Below, piece by piece: positions 25,028 to 37,045 of a stretch of 64,000 nt of DNA. Each line of letters begins with the position of its first letter. The stretch's first letter is position 1. Location: positions 1 to 64,000 of the forward strand of contig NGBS01001184.1 of NCBI GenBank assembly GCA_002245135.1, in the 5' to 3' direction. The position numbers and the translations under genes were made by a program. A model generated the notes under the pieces. The model searched no databases. It was not told the DNA's origin and saw only the letters and a list, made by a program, of their open reading frames with translations. This DNA is from Proteromonas lacertae (lineage: Eukaryota).

Positions 25028-27796
25028 TTAATCTATATGTTCTTCCATATAATCCATAAATCTTTTAGCATATGTAAATGGTGGTTGACAAGAAATACCA
25101 TGTCTATCAAAAGCAAATGATTTAAAGAACAATTCACCTCTCTTATAATTATCATATTTAATCAAAGTATCAATAACACCGAAGAAATAGATATGTTTTT
25201 TATCACTAGATAATAAACCACCACTATCTCTTTGATAAAATGGAACTCCAGGTACTTTCTTCACTGATTTAGTGTAAGGTTCTTCTCTATTGTGAACACC
25301 AACTAATAAACTATAATCTATAATATTATGGGAAGCTAAGAAATCAGTATCAGCTTTTAATTGGTTTATTAATGTTGTTTTTAAAGAAGGTCCTACATGG
25401 AATGGCTCTTCAACATCTAAATCTTTCAGTGCAATATTTGGATTCTTTTCACCTTTAGTGATTCTACCAACCCAAGAACCTTTCAAATCATACTTCCAAT
25501 GTATATCATAAGGAGTATTGAATAAATTACCCATCACTACAAAATACATTCTTTTACCACCTAATTTGGAATGTTTTGAAAATCTCATTTGATGAGCTCC
25601 CATGTAATGGATTAATAGTGTATCTTTATTAGTTAATATATGACTATAATAATCTTGTAATGTTCTTCTAAACAGTAAATGCTCACCATGACTCACTGTC
25701 TTTACCATATAATTACCATCTTTTGTATAATAGAAAAATGAACCACTTTTACCTTCTGAACCTAATTCAGATAATGAACTCAAATTACCAGTGATTAAAC
25801 CTTCTAATAGTTGTTTTGGACCGATTGATTGTAAATATTCATCAGCAGAAACACCCCAATGTTCTCTTAGCTTCTTAAATACCATTGGAGCATAATCTAC
25901 AAATCTACATACAGGTTGTTCTTCCATCATTTTAGGTGGAACAATTGAGAATTTCTCCTTCATCGTATAATCTCTAATTTCTAATGGACGATCCATCTCT
26001 GCATTGGTACGACTTACTGCAATTCTTACACCATTCATAAGATCTAATACCATATTCCAGTTCTCATGTCCAAATGGAATAGCTAAACCATTAGTGGATT
26101 TATTACCTGTCATTGATGTTGGTCTTGGTTCTGCAATACCATCTCCTTTAGGTGAATTAATAGCAGTATCATCCATTATATCTTCGACCTTATTTGCTAA
26201 ATCAACTTTTACTTCATCATTTAAGATTTGTGTAGTTTCTGCGACACTCTCAGATCTTCCTCTTGGAACTTCACCAAATAAAACTCTTTGAATAGTATTC
26301 TGCATTTTGTCAATTCTATTAATTAAAGTCAATTGTTGTTTTGCTGCTCTTTTTAATAAATCATTCAATTCTTCTTGTTTCTTCATATTGATTGAAACAG
26401 GTGAAGCAGCAGGAGGATTTTTAACATCAGATGATGATGATACATTTGTTTTAATATCATCAGGTTTTGGATCTTTTTTATCTTTATGATGATGTTTTTC
26501 TTTCTTGGGAGTTTCCTCTTTCTTTGGTGGATCTTCTTCTTCTTTAGGTTTCTCTTCTTTCTTTGGCTCTTCCTTTGGTTTCTCATCTTTATCTTTATGA
26601 TGGTGATGATGGTGTTTCTCTTCCTTCTTTGGCTCTTCTTTAGGCTTTTCCTCTTCTTCCTTTGGTTTCTCCTCTTTTGATGATTTATCTTTCTTTTTAT
26701 CATCTTTATCTCTATGATGGTGATGATTTGATTTACTATGATGATGATGCTTTCTACTGGAAGATGACATTGGTGGTTCTCTTGGCGTAGTTGCTCTTGG
26801 TGTAGTTGGTTTATTTTCACCTTCTTTCTTATTCACTTCATTATTATACTCATCAGTTTTATTCAAATATAATGAAGAAGCTGGTGCAACACCTTGTGAG
26901 AATTGCTCAAGACTATCAACCACAGATCCTCTTCGATGAGGAGTACTTTCTAACAGATTCAATGAATCATTTAATAAATGTGCTACTATTGATACATCTC
27001 TCATTGCTACTTTTAATCCTTCTGAGAGATGTGCTAACACCTTTGATTTATCTGCATCTGTATCTGAAAAGCCAGGATCTGAATGAGAATCTAAACTTAC
27101 TCCACTCATCCAATTCATCATATCTGGATTCTTTGTCATACATACTTTATAGTCATTATAGTCGAATTTACCATCTCCATTTGTATCTATCATATTAAAG
27201 GTCTTTCGAATATATTCATCGGAGATTTTTGAATTTAATTCAGCATTCACTTTCTGTGGTTTTCTTTCATCATTTACTCCAGTAATTCTAATATAATAAT
27301 AATGATAATAATTTATTAAATACGAATCCATATATGCCATAATTTGACCAGCTGATTTCATCATAATTTCCCATTCATCATAATTTACTGAGCCACATCT
27401 ATCCATATCAAGGATACGAAATGAGAATTGCATTTTCTCTTCTTCTGTACCTGAAGTCATTGTTGATAAAGATGTGATATAATCTTCAAATGTAAGCGCT
27501 TGAGCATTACGAACATCGAATGCATTAAATATTAAATCACAAAGCGCTGATTTGTTCACTATACCGATGATACCCATACATTTACGGAATCCTTCTCTAT
27601 ATTTATATAATGTAGGTATAGTATACGAGTCTATAGTACCTTCACGCTTACAAATTTTGATAAAACGGTTGTAATACACTCTGATATCATCACAACCGAA
27701 ATGAGTTTTTTTCTATAAATAGAGAATGGATAATAATACTGTCAGAGCTTCTAATTCTGGTGGTAGCTTTTCACCCTTCTTGATCGGCTTACTCAT
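25028..27796 (-). CDS. EF-hand (NCS/CBL-like) + phosphatidylinositol-phosphate kinase fusion
   Basis: N-terminal EF hands ('EEKMQFSFRILDMDRCGSV', 'DTNGDGKFDY'); PIP5K motifs 'FVDYAP.VF', 'GKSGSFF', 'YDLKGS', 'LKDLD', 'DYSLLVG', 'GVIDTL'. Confidence 0.92.
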
Positions 27797-28133
27797 GATT
27801 TTTATTCTAAGAGTTAATAGAATACTAATTCATACATTTACGAAATTAGATAGTATACAAAGACGATTAATAAATTTATATATATAGAATAAAGAGAGAG
27901 GGAAGAAAAAAATGAAAGATATGAAAAATTCTAATCAAGCCAGTTAAAAGCTTGAATCTTTATTTGAAACCACTAAAAATTTTGGGTAAATTTTTGAAAT
28001 TTTCAAAATATTTCCTTTTCTCATTAATTTTTATAATTTTTCTATTTCCCAACACAAAATACAATATATTTTTTATTTCTATTTTTGGTTTCAAATTGTT
28101 TTTGCTCATCATAATCATTTTCTTTTTAAAAAA

Positions 28134-30016
28134 TTACTTGTTTTCAGTCAATACGTTTAAGGCTTCTTGAATCTTATTTTCTAACATAGCAGGAGTGTCA
28201 ATCATCAATAAAATTTCAGGAACTTCCATCTCTAATAACATTCCAGTTATCTTTGGAGCTTTATCTGGTTGTGTTTTGGAAATACTTTGATATAAATATT
28301 CACCTAAAGCATTCTTTTGTTCATCAACTGTTCTAGCATTAGCAATCAATGATTGAGATAAAGATTGTTGTCTTTGTGGTTGAGGTTGTGGCATAACCAT
28401 TCCTCTTGGTTGCATTGGAGCCATTGCTCCTGGATGCATCATTGGTGGTCTACCTTGAGGAGCACCTCTTGGCATTTGTCCTTGTGGTTGTTGTCCACTT
28501 TGTTGACCTTGTGGTTGTTGTTGTTGTGGCGGTGGTGCCATTCCCATTGGACCTCTTGGACCAGCTGGATATCCCATATATGGATTACCTCTTTGCATAC
28601 CTCCTCGAGCAGCAGCTGCTGCGGCGGCATTAGGTGGATACATAGCATTGGGTGGATAGATTGGAGCAGCTCCTCTTGGCATCATTGGATAGCCATAAGG
28701 TGGTGGATAGAATTGAGGTGGCATCATCATTCTTTGTTGTGAGTGTTGTTGAGATAATTGAGCTCTTCTTACTTCTTTTCTTTGAGCTAAAGCAACATAC
28801 ATTGGTTTGCCATTGGACATTTGATGTCCATTCATTCCACTGATTGCAGCATTAGCTTGTTCAGATGTTTCAAAACATACAAATCCAAAACATTTACTAT
28901 TACCTGATTCATCTTTCATTATTCTAGCGGATGTTATTGTACCAAATTGTTCAAAATCATGACGTAATGTAGCTTCATCATAATCACTACCAATATTCTT
29001 AACATATAAATTCTTTCCTTGAATCTTGGATAAGAATTCTTGTTTTTGTTTTTGAGATTGTTGTCTGATTTCCTTCATTCTTTCAGTCTTACTTAAAGCT
29101 TTTCTTATATATAAAGGTTGACCACCTTCTACTAAAGCTGCTTTATCGTTTAATTCTTCTACAGCTTTTACAGCTTGTTCATGTGTTTTAAAGTTAGCAA
29201 ATCCAAATCCTCTATTCTTTCCAGTTTCTTCGTTCTTTGGTAAATATAAAGATGTTACTTCTCCTGCTTTTTGGAAGAATTCAATGAATTTCTTTTCATC
29301 CCATTCTTCAGGAATGTTCTTGAAATAACAGTTAGTCCAAGCTGCAGTACTTGGTCTGTTTTCTCGACTAACAAATGGTCCAACATATATTTTCTTTCCT
29401 TCAATATCAATATCATTTAATTGTTTAATAGCTTCTTGTGCCATTTCTTCAGTTTCGAAGTGGACAAATCCATATCCTTTTGATTTACCATTTTCATCAG
29501 TTGCTACTTTGCATGATAAAATGTTACCTAATAATGAAAATGTATCGTATAATTCTTTTGAATCGATTTGTGGAGCTAAATTCTTTACGAATAAGTTTCC
29601 TTTGTTGTTATGTCTCATTGTTGGATCTCTTTGAGACCACATGATACGACAGGGTTTGCCGTTGATCTTTTCAAAATTCAATATATTAAGAGCTCTTTGT
29701 GCTATTTAAATATTATTAATAAATGCTTTGATTTATAATATATTAATACCATCATCAGCTTTGGTGAAATTCACGTAACCATAACCAAGAGATTCTCTTG
29801 TTGTCTATTTTAATGTTATAATAATAAGCAATACTGTATCACGGCAGATTCTTATGTTAGTAACTTGTCCAATTTGACTAAAATGATGGAACAATATAGC
29901 CTATAATAATAAAACTGTTATATTCTTACTTCCGTAACGTCTGGGGCCAAATCACCTACGTAGAGGGAAGCTTGCTGCAAGGGTGTAGAACTTGTTGTTT
30001 TTTGATTATTTGACAT
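28134..30016 (-). CDS. PABPC: Cytoplasmic poly(A)-binding protein
   Basis: Four RRMs ('ASLYVGDL', 'KPCRIMWSQRDP', 'SKGYGFVHF') and MLLE domain 'KITGMLLE'. Confidence 0.97.
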
Positions 30017-30343
30017 TTTTCTTCCGTGCAGAGTTTTTTTAGTTTTTGTATTTTTATGAAATGATTAATGAGCTCGAAATTGAACGAACCAATTAAATCA
30101 TTTTTCATTTAATGCTTGACTTGGCTTGAATTGTATTTATTTGTGTTTTATACATTCTTTTACAGTATATTATGTTTATTGAATGCAAATCATTAACTTT
30201 ATATTCATCTACAACCAAAAATGTGATTTATCTTACTTAATAACTATAATCACACATTTATTAAATTCTAAAAACAAAAACAGAACATGTCAACAAATAA
30301 AAATTATTTAAAATTAAATAAATAGCATGTAAAATTACACAGA

Positions 30344-30789
30344 CTATGAATTTATTAACTCCTTCTGTTGTTGAAGCCATCGAATTCCTCTAAGACCACT
30401 TCCAGCAGCTATATTTGTTTCTTTACCATTTATTATAACAGCAGTAGCAACTATACAAATTAATAATAAATACAATACTATCATCTTCTGGTACTGTATC
30501 TTGTGCTATATTATTATTCTCTTCAACATCATTTCCTTCATCACCTTTATGACAACAATACTCACAATCTCCACAATTGCAGGTATCCCAATCACAACAA
30601 TGATCTGGACAGCAGCTAAAAGTTTGACATAATTCACATCCATCTACTTTACTGTTATCTATACACAACATCAAATAAATTAATTTTTATACTATTGGGT
30701 ATTGAGTGTGTAATATGAGGTTCTTCATTTCTATTCTATAAAGATGGACATTCATACTTTATGTTGGCCGCAGAACCTTTTGTAGTCAT
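30344..30789 (-). CDS. Small Cys-rich hypothetical protein
   Basis: Four exons joined by GT-AG introns; Cys cluster 'CELCQTFSCCPDHCCDWDTCNCGDCEYCC'. Confidence 0.6.
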
Positions 30790-30891
30790 ATATTACTTAT
30801 TTAAATAATTATAAAAAACGAATATAAGTTTTTGAAGTTCAAGCTTGTGGGTTTGACGAGTAACAGTTTTCGTTATTTCTGAAGTAAAAAC

Positions 30892-31991
30892 ATGGATACA
30901 ACTACACTAAATATTGTGAGAGAAAAAAATGCAATGATAGAAAGGTATACTTTTACATAACTTATATTAGTCGACCAACTCCAGATCGAAGAAATTTGTA
31001 TAGATTTGCTGAAAAACAGGTTGCAAGAGATAAAAGAGTATAAAATGATGAGATAATATATGAAATAGAAATTAGATCAATGGAAAGAAGCTAAAACTAT
31101 GATTTGTGAACAAGATCCACTTTTTGCTAGAGCGTATTATTTTAGTTTTATTTACTTTTATAGTACTTTATCAAGACCACCAGATATGGATAAAAGAGAA
31201 GGAGAAACGTATAAATTCAAAATTTCTTTCTTTAATTTAATTTTATTAGACTTGCTCCAGGTGAATTAAGATGTAAAAAAATCCGACATTTAGTTGATAG
31301 ATTAAGATATTATAGAGAACAAGAACGTTATTATCGTGAAAGATGGAATGATGCTTGTACAGCTTTAGATTATGGTGATTTCAGAGCAATGACTCCAGTT
31401 CCAATAGATGGTGTATATCGTCCATTCGATACAGCAATTGCTACTTATGGAGATATCTATCATCCACCAGAAATACCACCAATGAAATGTTCTAGAATGG
31501 GAGAAAGAACATGCGAATTCCCACCACCAGCACCAGGATCCTATATTACACCTAAAGCTAAGAGAAGTCATTCCGCTATTGAAAGAGCAAGAAGTCAATT
31601 ACCAAAAACAGATTCATCATTACGTTCAACCACTGCGAATGATGTGATACATCCACCAAATTCATCAACAAGCTGTTATCATAAAACACAGAACTCTTTA
31701 GCAATGACTCGAACAAAAGAGGCAGAAAAACCCAATGATCATGTAATTGTAAATAGTGTAATGATGAGTGGTATTCAAAGACCACTAACACCTGAACATG
31801 ATGATACAGATTATAGAAAACAAGCTAATGAAAGATTTAAGACAACATATCGTACTGGACACGTTGATCCTTGGAAAGCAGTAAAAAATCCACAAAAGAA
31901 ATATTATGATGTTTTGCCTAAGTATCATCCTTATGGTACTGTAACTAAATGCTTGGATTGGCCTGGATATAATATGTATTGTTCATTTTAA
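30892..31991 (+). CDS. Hypothetical protein
   Basis: ATG 30892, four ~30-nt introns, then a long terminal exon including ORF 31389-31991. Confidence 0.65.
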
Positions 31992-32268
31992 TGTAGATTA
32001 TATAATGTATTATTTTATTATAATTGAATGTGTTGAAGGGTAATAATAATAGTAATAGAGTTAAATATAAATAAACTAAAGGAATGAATGTGATTATTGA
32101 TTGTAGAATAATTTTTCATATATTTATATAGCAGAATTATATTTATAATGATTAATTATAGCAAGAATAAAAATATGACATTATAACAGAAAGAATGGTA
32201 TAACCCATATTAATTTTCATTTATGAAAATCTTTTAAAATGAAATATTATTAAAGAAGTGAAATTTTA

Positions 32269-32532
32269 AAAGGGATTTATAAATACGGAGTGACAACATA
32301 CTTGTAGTAAGTAGAATTATTCATGTTTATTGTTGTCTTTATACCTTTTTAAAAACTTGATTTTTGTTGAAACACAACCATTCTTACTCATTTTCTGGCA
32401 AATAAGCCTTACTGCCAAAACAAATGCAGTTATGCTATTTCGAATGGGTTGTTTCTTTCAAAAGCGAGACAACTTCATTTGTTTAGCGTACTCTCCGTTT
32501 AAGTCGATTTTACTACAAGTAAAAATTCCTTT
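32269..32532 (+). ncRNA. Candidate structured ncRNA of unknown family (mirror copy 36743-37006, - strand)
   Basis: Six complementary segment pairs, including a 10-bp terminal stem and a perfect 12-bp stem; no convincing protein. Confidence 0.45.
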
Positions 32533-32658
32533 CCATTGCTTTTTCTCTAAAATAGCAGTGATTTGTATTAAAAAAATGAAAAAATGCAAAATAGAATTTC
32601 AAGCCAAGTTTTTAAATCCAAAATCTTTTTTTGAACTTGCTTTTTTAAAGTAAATCAA

Positions 32659-33875
32659 ATGTCTCAAGTGATATTCTATGTAGTTCAAAAAGCCAAGGGT
32701 GATGATCTGACTCATCCGAATGCTTATGTTCTATCAAAGTATGAGTTATAAATTACATTCCTTATTTTAATGATAATAGACCAGCTGATTCTGGAGTAAC
32801 TCTTCAAGATATAACTAGCACATTCCCATTAGCCAAAGTAGGAGGTCAATTCCACTTTCGTTTTCGAACAAGTGTAGGTAAGAGAGAAACAGTATGGCAA
32901 GATGTGACAAATCCAAATGAAAGAATCCCAACTTACCATGGAAATATCTTTTTGAAGGCTTTAAGACTCAATTCTCTTGGAATAAGTCCTAAAACTGGTG
33001 TTACATCTCCAAGTGCCAGTGCTACTGCTCCAGTTGCTTCCAAGCCAGCTACTGCTCCAGTTGCTAAATCAGTAACTCCAAAGAAATCTCCTCCTAAACC
33101 ATCAGAACAAGTATCTGGTTTACAATCAACAGGTGGAGTTATCCACACTCCAAAAACCAAAGCAACCACACCTAAAGCAGCTACTCCGAAAGCCAAACCA
33201 ACTGCAAAACCTGTGACACCCAAAGCTGCTCCAAAAGTATCTCCAAAACCAGTTGCTAAACCAGCTGCTAAACCAGTTGCCAAACCTAAACCCAAGCCAA
33301 ATAATGATGAACTATTACAAGGTAGTAGTAGTAGTGATGATGAAGAAGAAGATTTATTCGGTGGTAATAATGTAAGTAAGAAATTAGATGCTGATGCCAA
33401 TCAATTAACAGGAGTTGATTTATCTGATAAATCTGAAGAAGTTCAACAACAAATACTGAAAGCTCAAAAAGAATTGAAAAAGAAACAGATGGAAGCATTG
33501 AAAGAGATAGAAGCTCGAAAGAATCAAGAAGAAAAACGAGCTGAAGATAAAGAAAAAAGTGCTGAAAAATGGGAAAAGAAGATTCAAGTTTGGGCTGAAG
33601 AGAATGGTATAAAGAGAAGTATTCAAGCATTATTAGCTAGTTTACATACAATTTTATGGGAAGATGCTGGTTGGAAACAACTGAATATAGGTGATTTAAT
33701 GAATGATAATAAAATCAAGATTTATTATTTCAAAGCAAGTCGTATAGTTCATCCAGATAAAGCAATTGATTATACTCCTGAACAACAATATATAGCTGAG
33801 AGAGTATTTGATGCTTTAAGTCAAGCTTGGAATAAATTCCAAGCCGAAAAGAATGGACCTGCAATGCCTTTCTAA
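32659..33875 (+). CDS. DIX-like domain + auxilin-type J-domain protein, copy 1
   Basis: N-terminal 'VTLQDITSTFP..FHFRFR..VWQDV...IPTYHGNIFLK' (DIX-like); C-terminal 'IQALLASLHTILW..WK..YFKASRIVHPDK..AERVFDALSQAW' (auxilin J domain); one intron. Confidence 0.88.
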
Positions 33876-34059
33876 GATAATTATGATATTGTTATTAATA
33901 TTTTGTTTTTGTTTTGGGTTAGTATATGAATATAAACAAATTATTATATTGGAAAAGCTTATTAGTCAAAGAAACAAACATTTTAGACTTTTGAGAAAAT
34001 ATAAAACGACTATATTTTAGAAATGTTATAATTTTTCTCAAAATCTTGATATGGACCAA

Positions 34060-34510
34060 TTGTTTGAATATGAAAAGCCAAATTTGAAATTATTTGATAT
34101 GTTCAATATCATGATAAAATTAGGTGTTTGAAAATTCTCAATGTACTTTGTTTATACTTTCAAAGTATTCGAGATGAATAGATACAGTAAATATATTGTT
34201 CTGTCAAAATAATATATTCTTTCAAGTTGTGATATTTGTAATGTTATAAATAGATTAAGTGTTATATTGATGATTTTAAGTGAATGTGATGTAATGATAA
34301 ACAAGAAATTGCCTTTTTATGAAGATTATAATAACAATGAAACTAAATAATATATCCAAATATTATAATATCATTTGAATATAATCTATTTGAATAGGAC
34401 TGGAAATGAATTGAATAAAAGAGAATATTGATAAAGAAGAATTGTATTCCTTTAGATGCAATTTCAGAAGAAGAAAAGAAAGAATTACAGAAAGAATTAT
34501 AAAACAAATT
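34060..34510 (+). pseudogene. Decayed remnant resembling the 3' end of the LRR gene at 48056
   Basis: 'TGNELNKRE' and 'IPLDAISEEEKKELQKEL*' resemble 'SGNVLDDRE' and 'IKLDGISEKEKKELSKKF' of ORF 48056-48352; interrupted by stops. Confidence 0.4.
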
Positions 34511-34566
34511 TACATTTAAATTTCAAGCTGAAGTTTGGATATAAAAATTTCAGTTTTACATAAAAC

Positions 34567-35292
34567 ATGCAAAAGAAATATTTATCATCAGAAGGAGATG
34601 GAAAAGATGTATGTGATTAATTTTTAAGTTTTATATATATTTAGGAGTTGATAAACAAATTAATGGAACTGTATGAAGAAATAAGAAGAGAACTTGATGA
34701 AGAAATATCAATAAACAAACAACAAAATGAAGAAATTAGATATTTAAAAAAACAATTACAATCTTTGGAGAAAAAAGAAGATAATTCATTAGAATATATA
34801 GAAACAAAATTCTTAGGTAGTGGAAAATATATATCAAATGATGGGAAAATTATATCAACTATTAGTGAAACTAGCTATTGCTTAGACTTAAAAATGGAAG
34901 AAGGTGTTTATCACATTAAGTTTAAATTCTATTGGGGAATAGCACCTTTTTATAAGCATAAGGTTCAAGATATTTTATTCTTAGGTTTATCTGCAGATAA
35001 AAAGGCTGATAAGACAAGTGCATATTTTGCATTTAACGGCAAAAGTCAAGATAATACGTCAAGATGTCATATTGGAACAATTGTTAATTCAAATCCAAAT
35101 TTCATTAATCATGCTAACGGCTCAATTTATGAAATGATTATTGATATGAATAAAAGAGAATTTTGGATTAGTCATAATAATTCATCTCCTGTTTTACTTG
35201 TTAAAGATTTACCTTCTCCATCATATCCATTTGCAACATCTATTCATAATTCTGCAGTTGAATTATTATCAGTCGCAAAGGAAAAAGTCTAA
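34567..35292 (+). CDS. Coiled-coil + SPRY/B30.2-like protein
   Basis: ATG 34567, intron ~34609-34644, coiled coil then 'EGVYHIKF..LFLGLS..GSIYEMIIDMNKREFWISHN..DLPSPSYPFAT'. Confidence 0.65.
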
Positions 35293-35399
35293 AATGCTTG
35301 TTTCTTTGACTAATAAGCTTTTCCAATATAATAATTTGTTTATATTCATATACTAACCCAAAACAAAAACAAAATATTAATAACAATATCATAATTATC

Positions 35400-36616
35400 T
35401 TAGAAAGGCATTGCAGGTCCATTCTTTTCGGCTTGGAATTTATTCCAAGCTTGACTTAAAGCATCAAATACTCTCTCAGCTATATATTGTTGTTCAGGAG
35501 TATAATCAATTGCTTTATCTGGATGAACTATACGACTTGCTTTGAAATAATAAATCTTGATTTTATTATCATTCATTAAATCACCTATATTCAGTTGTTT
35601 CCAACCAGCATCTTCCCATAAAATTGTATGTAAACTAGCTAATAATGCTTGAATACTTCTCTTTATACCATTCTCTTCAGCCCAAACTTGAATCTTCTTT
35701 TCCCATTTTTCAGCACTTTTTTCTTTATCTTCAGCTCGTTTTTCTTCTTGATTCTTTCGAGCTTCTATCTCTTTCAATGCTTCCATCTGTTTCTTTTTCA
35801 ATTCTTTTTGAGCTTTCAGTATTTGTTGTTGAACTTCTTCAGATTTATCAGATAAATCAACTCCTGTTAATTGATTGGCATCAGCATCTAATTTCTTACT
35901 TACATTATTACCACCGAATAAATCTTCTTCTTCATCATCACTACTACTACTACCTTGTAATAGTTCATCATTATTTGGCTTGGGTTTAGGTTTGGCAACT
36001 GGTTTAGCAGCTGGTTTAGCAACTGGTTTTGGAGATACTTTTGGAGCAGCTTTGGGTGTCACAGGTTTTGCAGTTGGTTTGGCTTTCGGAGTAGCTGCTT
36101 TAGGTGTGGTTGCTTTGGTTTTTGGAGTGTGGATAACTCCACCTGTTGATTGTAAACCAGATACTTGTTCTGATGGTTTAGGAGGAGATTTCTTTGGAGT
36201 TACTGATTTAGCAACTGGAGCAGTAGCTGGCTTGGAAGCAACTGGAGCAGTAGCACTGGCACTTGGAGATGTAACACCAGTTTTAGGACTTATTCCAAGA
36301 GAATTGAGTCTTAAAGCCTTCAAAAAGATATTTCCATGGTAAGTTGGGATTCTTTCATTTGGATTTGTCACATCTTGCCATACTGTTTCTCTCTTACCTA
36401 CACTTGTTCGAAAACGAAAGTGGAATTGACCTCCTACTTTGGCTAATGGGAATGTGCTAGTTATATCTTGAAGAGTTACTCCAGAATCAGCTGGTCTATT
36501 ATCATTAAAATAAGGAATGTAATTTATAACTCATACTTTGATAGAACATAAGCATTCGGATGAGTCAGATCATCACCCTTGGCTTTTTGAACTACATAGA
36601 ATATCACTTGAGACAT
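35400..36616 (-). CDS. DIX-like domain + auxilin-type J-domain protein, copy 2
   Basis: Identical translation to the 32659-33875 copy. Confidence 0.88.
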
Positions 36617-37045
36617 TTGATTTACTTTAAAAAAGCAAGTTCAAAAAAAGATTTTGGATTTAAAAACTTGGCTTGAAATTCTATTTTGCATTTTTTCATT
36701 TTTTTAATACAAATCACTGCTATTTTAGAGAAAAAGCAATGGAAAGGAATTTTTACTTGTAGTAAAATCGACTTAAACGGAGAGTACGCTAAACAAATGA
36801 AGTTGTCTCGCTTTTGAAAGAAACAACCCATTCGAAATAGCATAACTGCATTTGTTTTGGCAGTAAGGCTTATTTGCCAGAAAATGAGTAAGAATGGTTG
36901 TGTTTCAACAAAAATCAAGTTTTTAAAAAGGTATAAAGACAACAATAAACATGAATAATTCTACTTACTACAAGTATGTTGTCACTCCGTATTTATAAAT
37001 CCCTTTAAAACATTCTATAAAATATAATGTCTATTAATTTAATTT

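Larger units (their letters stand above)
32269..37006. repeat. Near-perfect inverted duplication, arms 32269-33992 and 35283-37006 (~1.72 kb)
   Basis: Mirror ORFs identical (coordinate sum 69275); one visible mismatch near 33978. Confidence 0.97.

Noticed and set aside
32330..32653. 107-aa ORF and its mirror 36622-36945
   Set aside because: TTG start, no recognisable motifs, and it overlaps the structured element and promoter.
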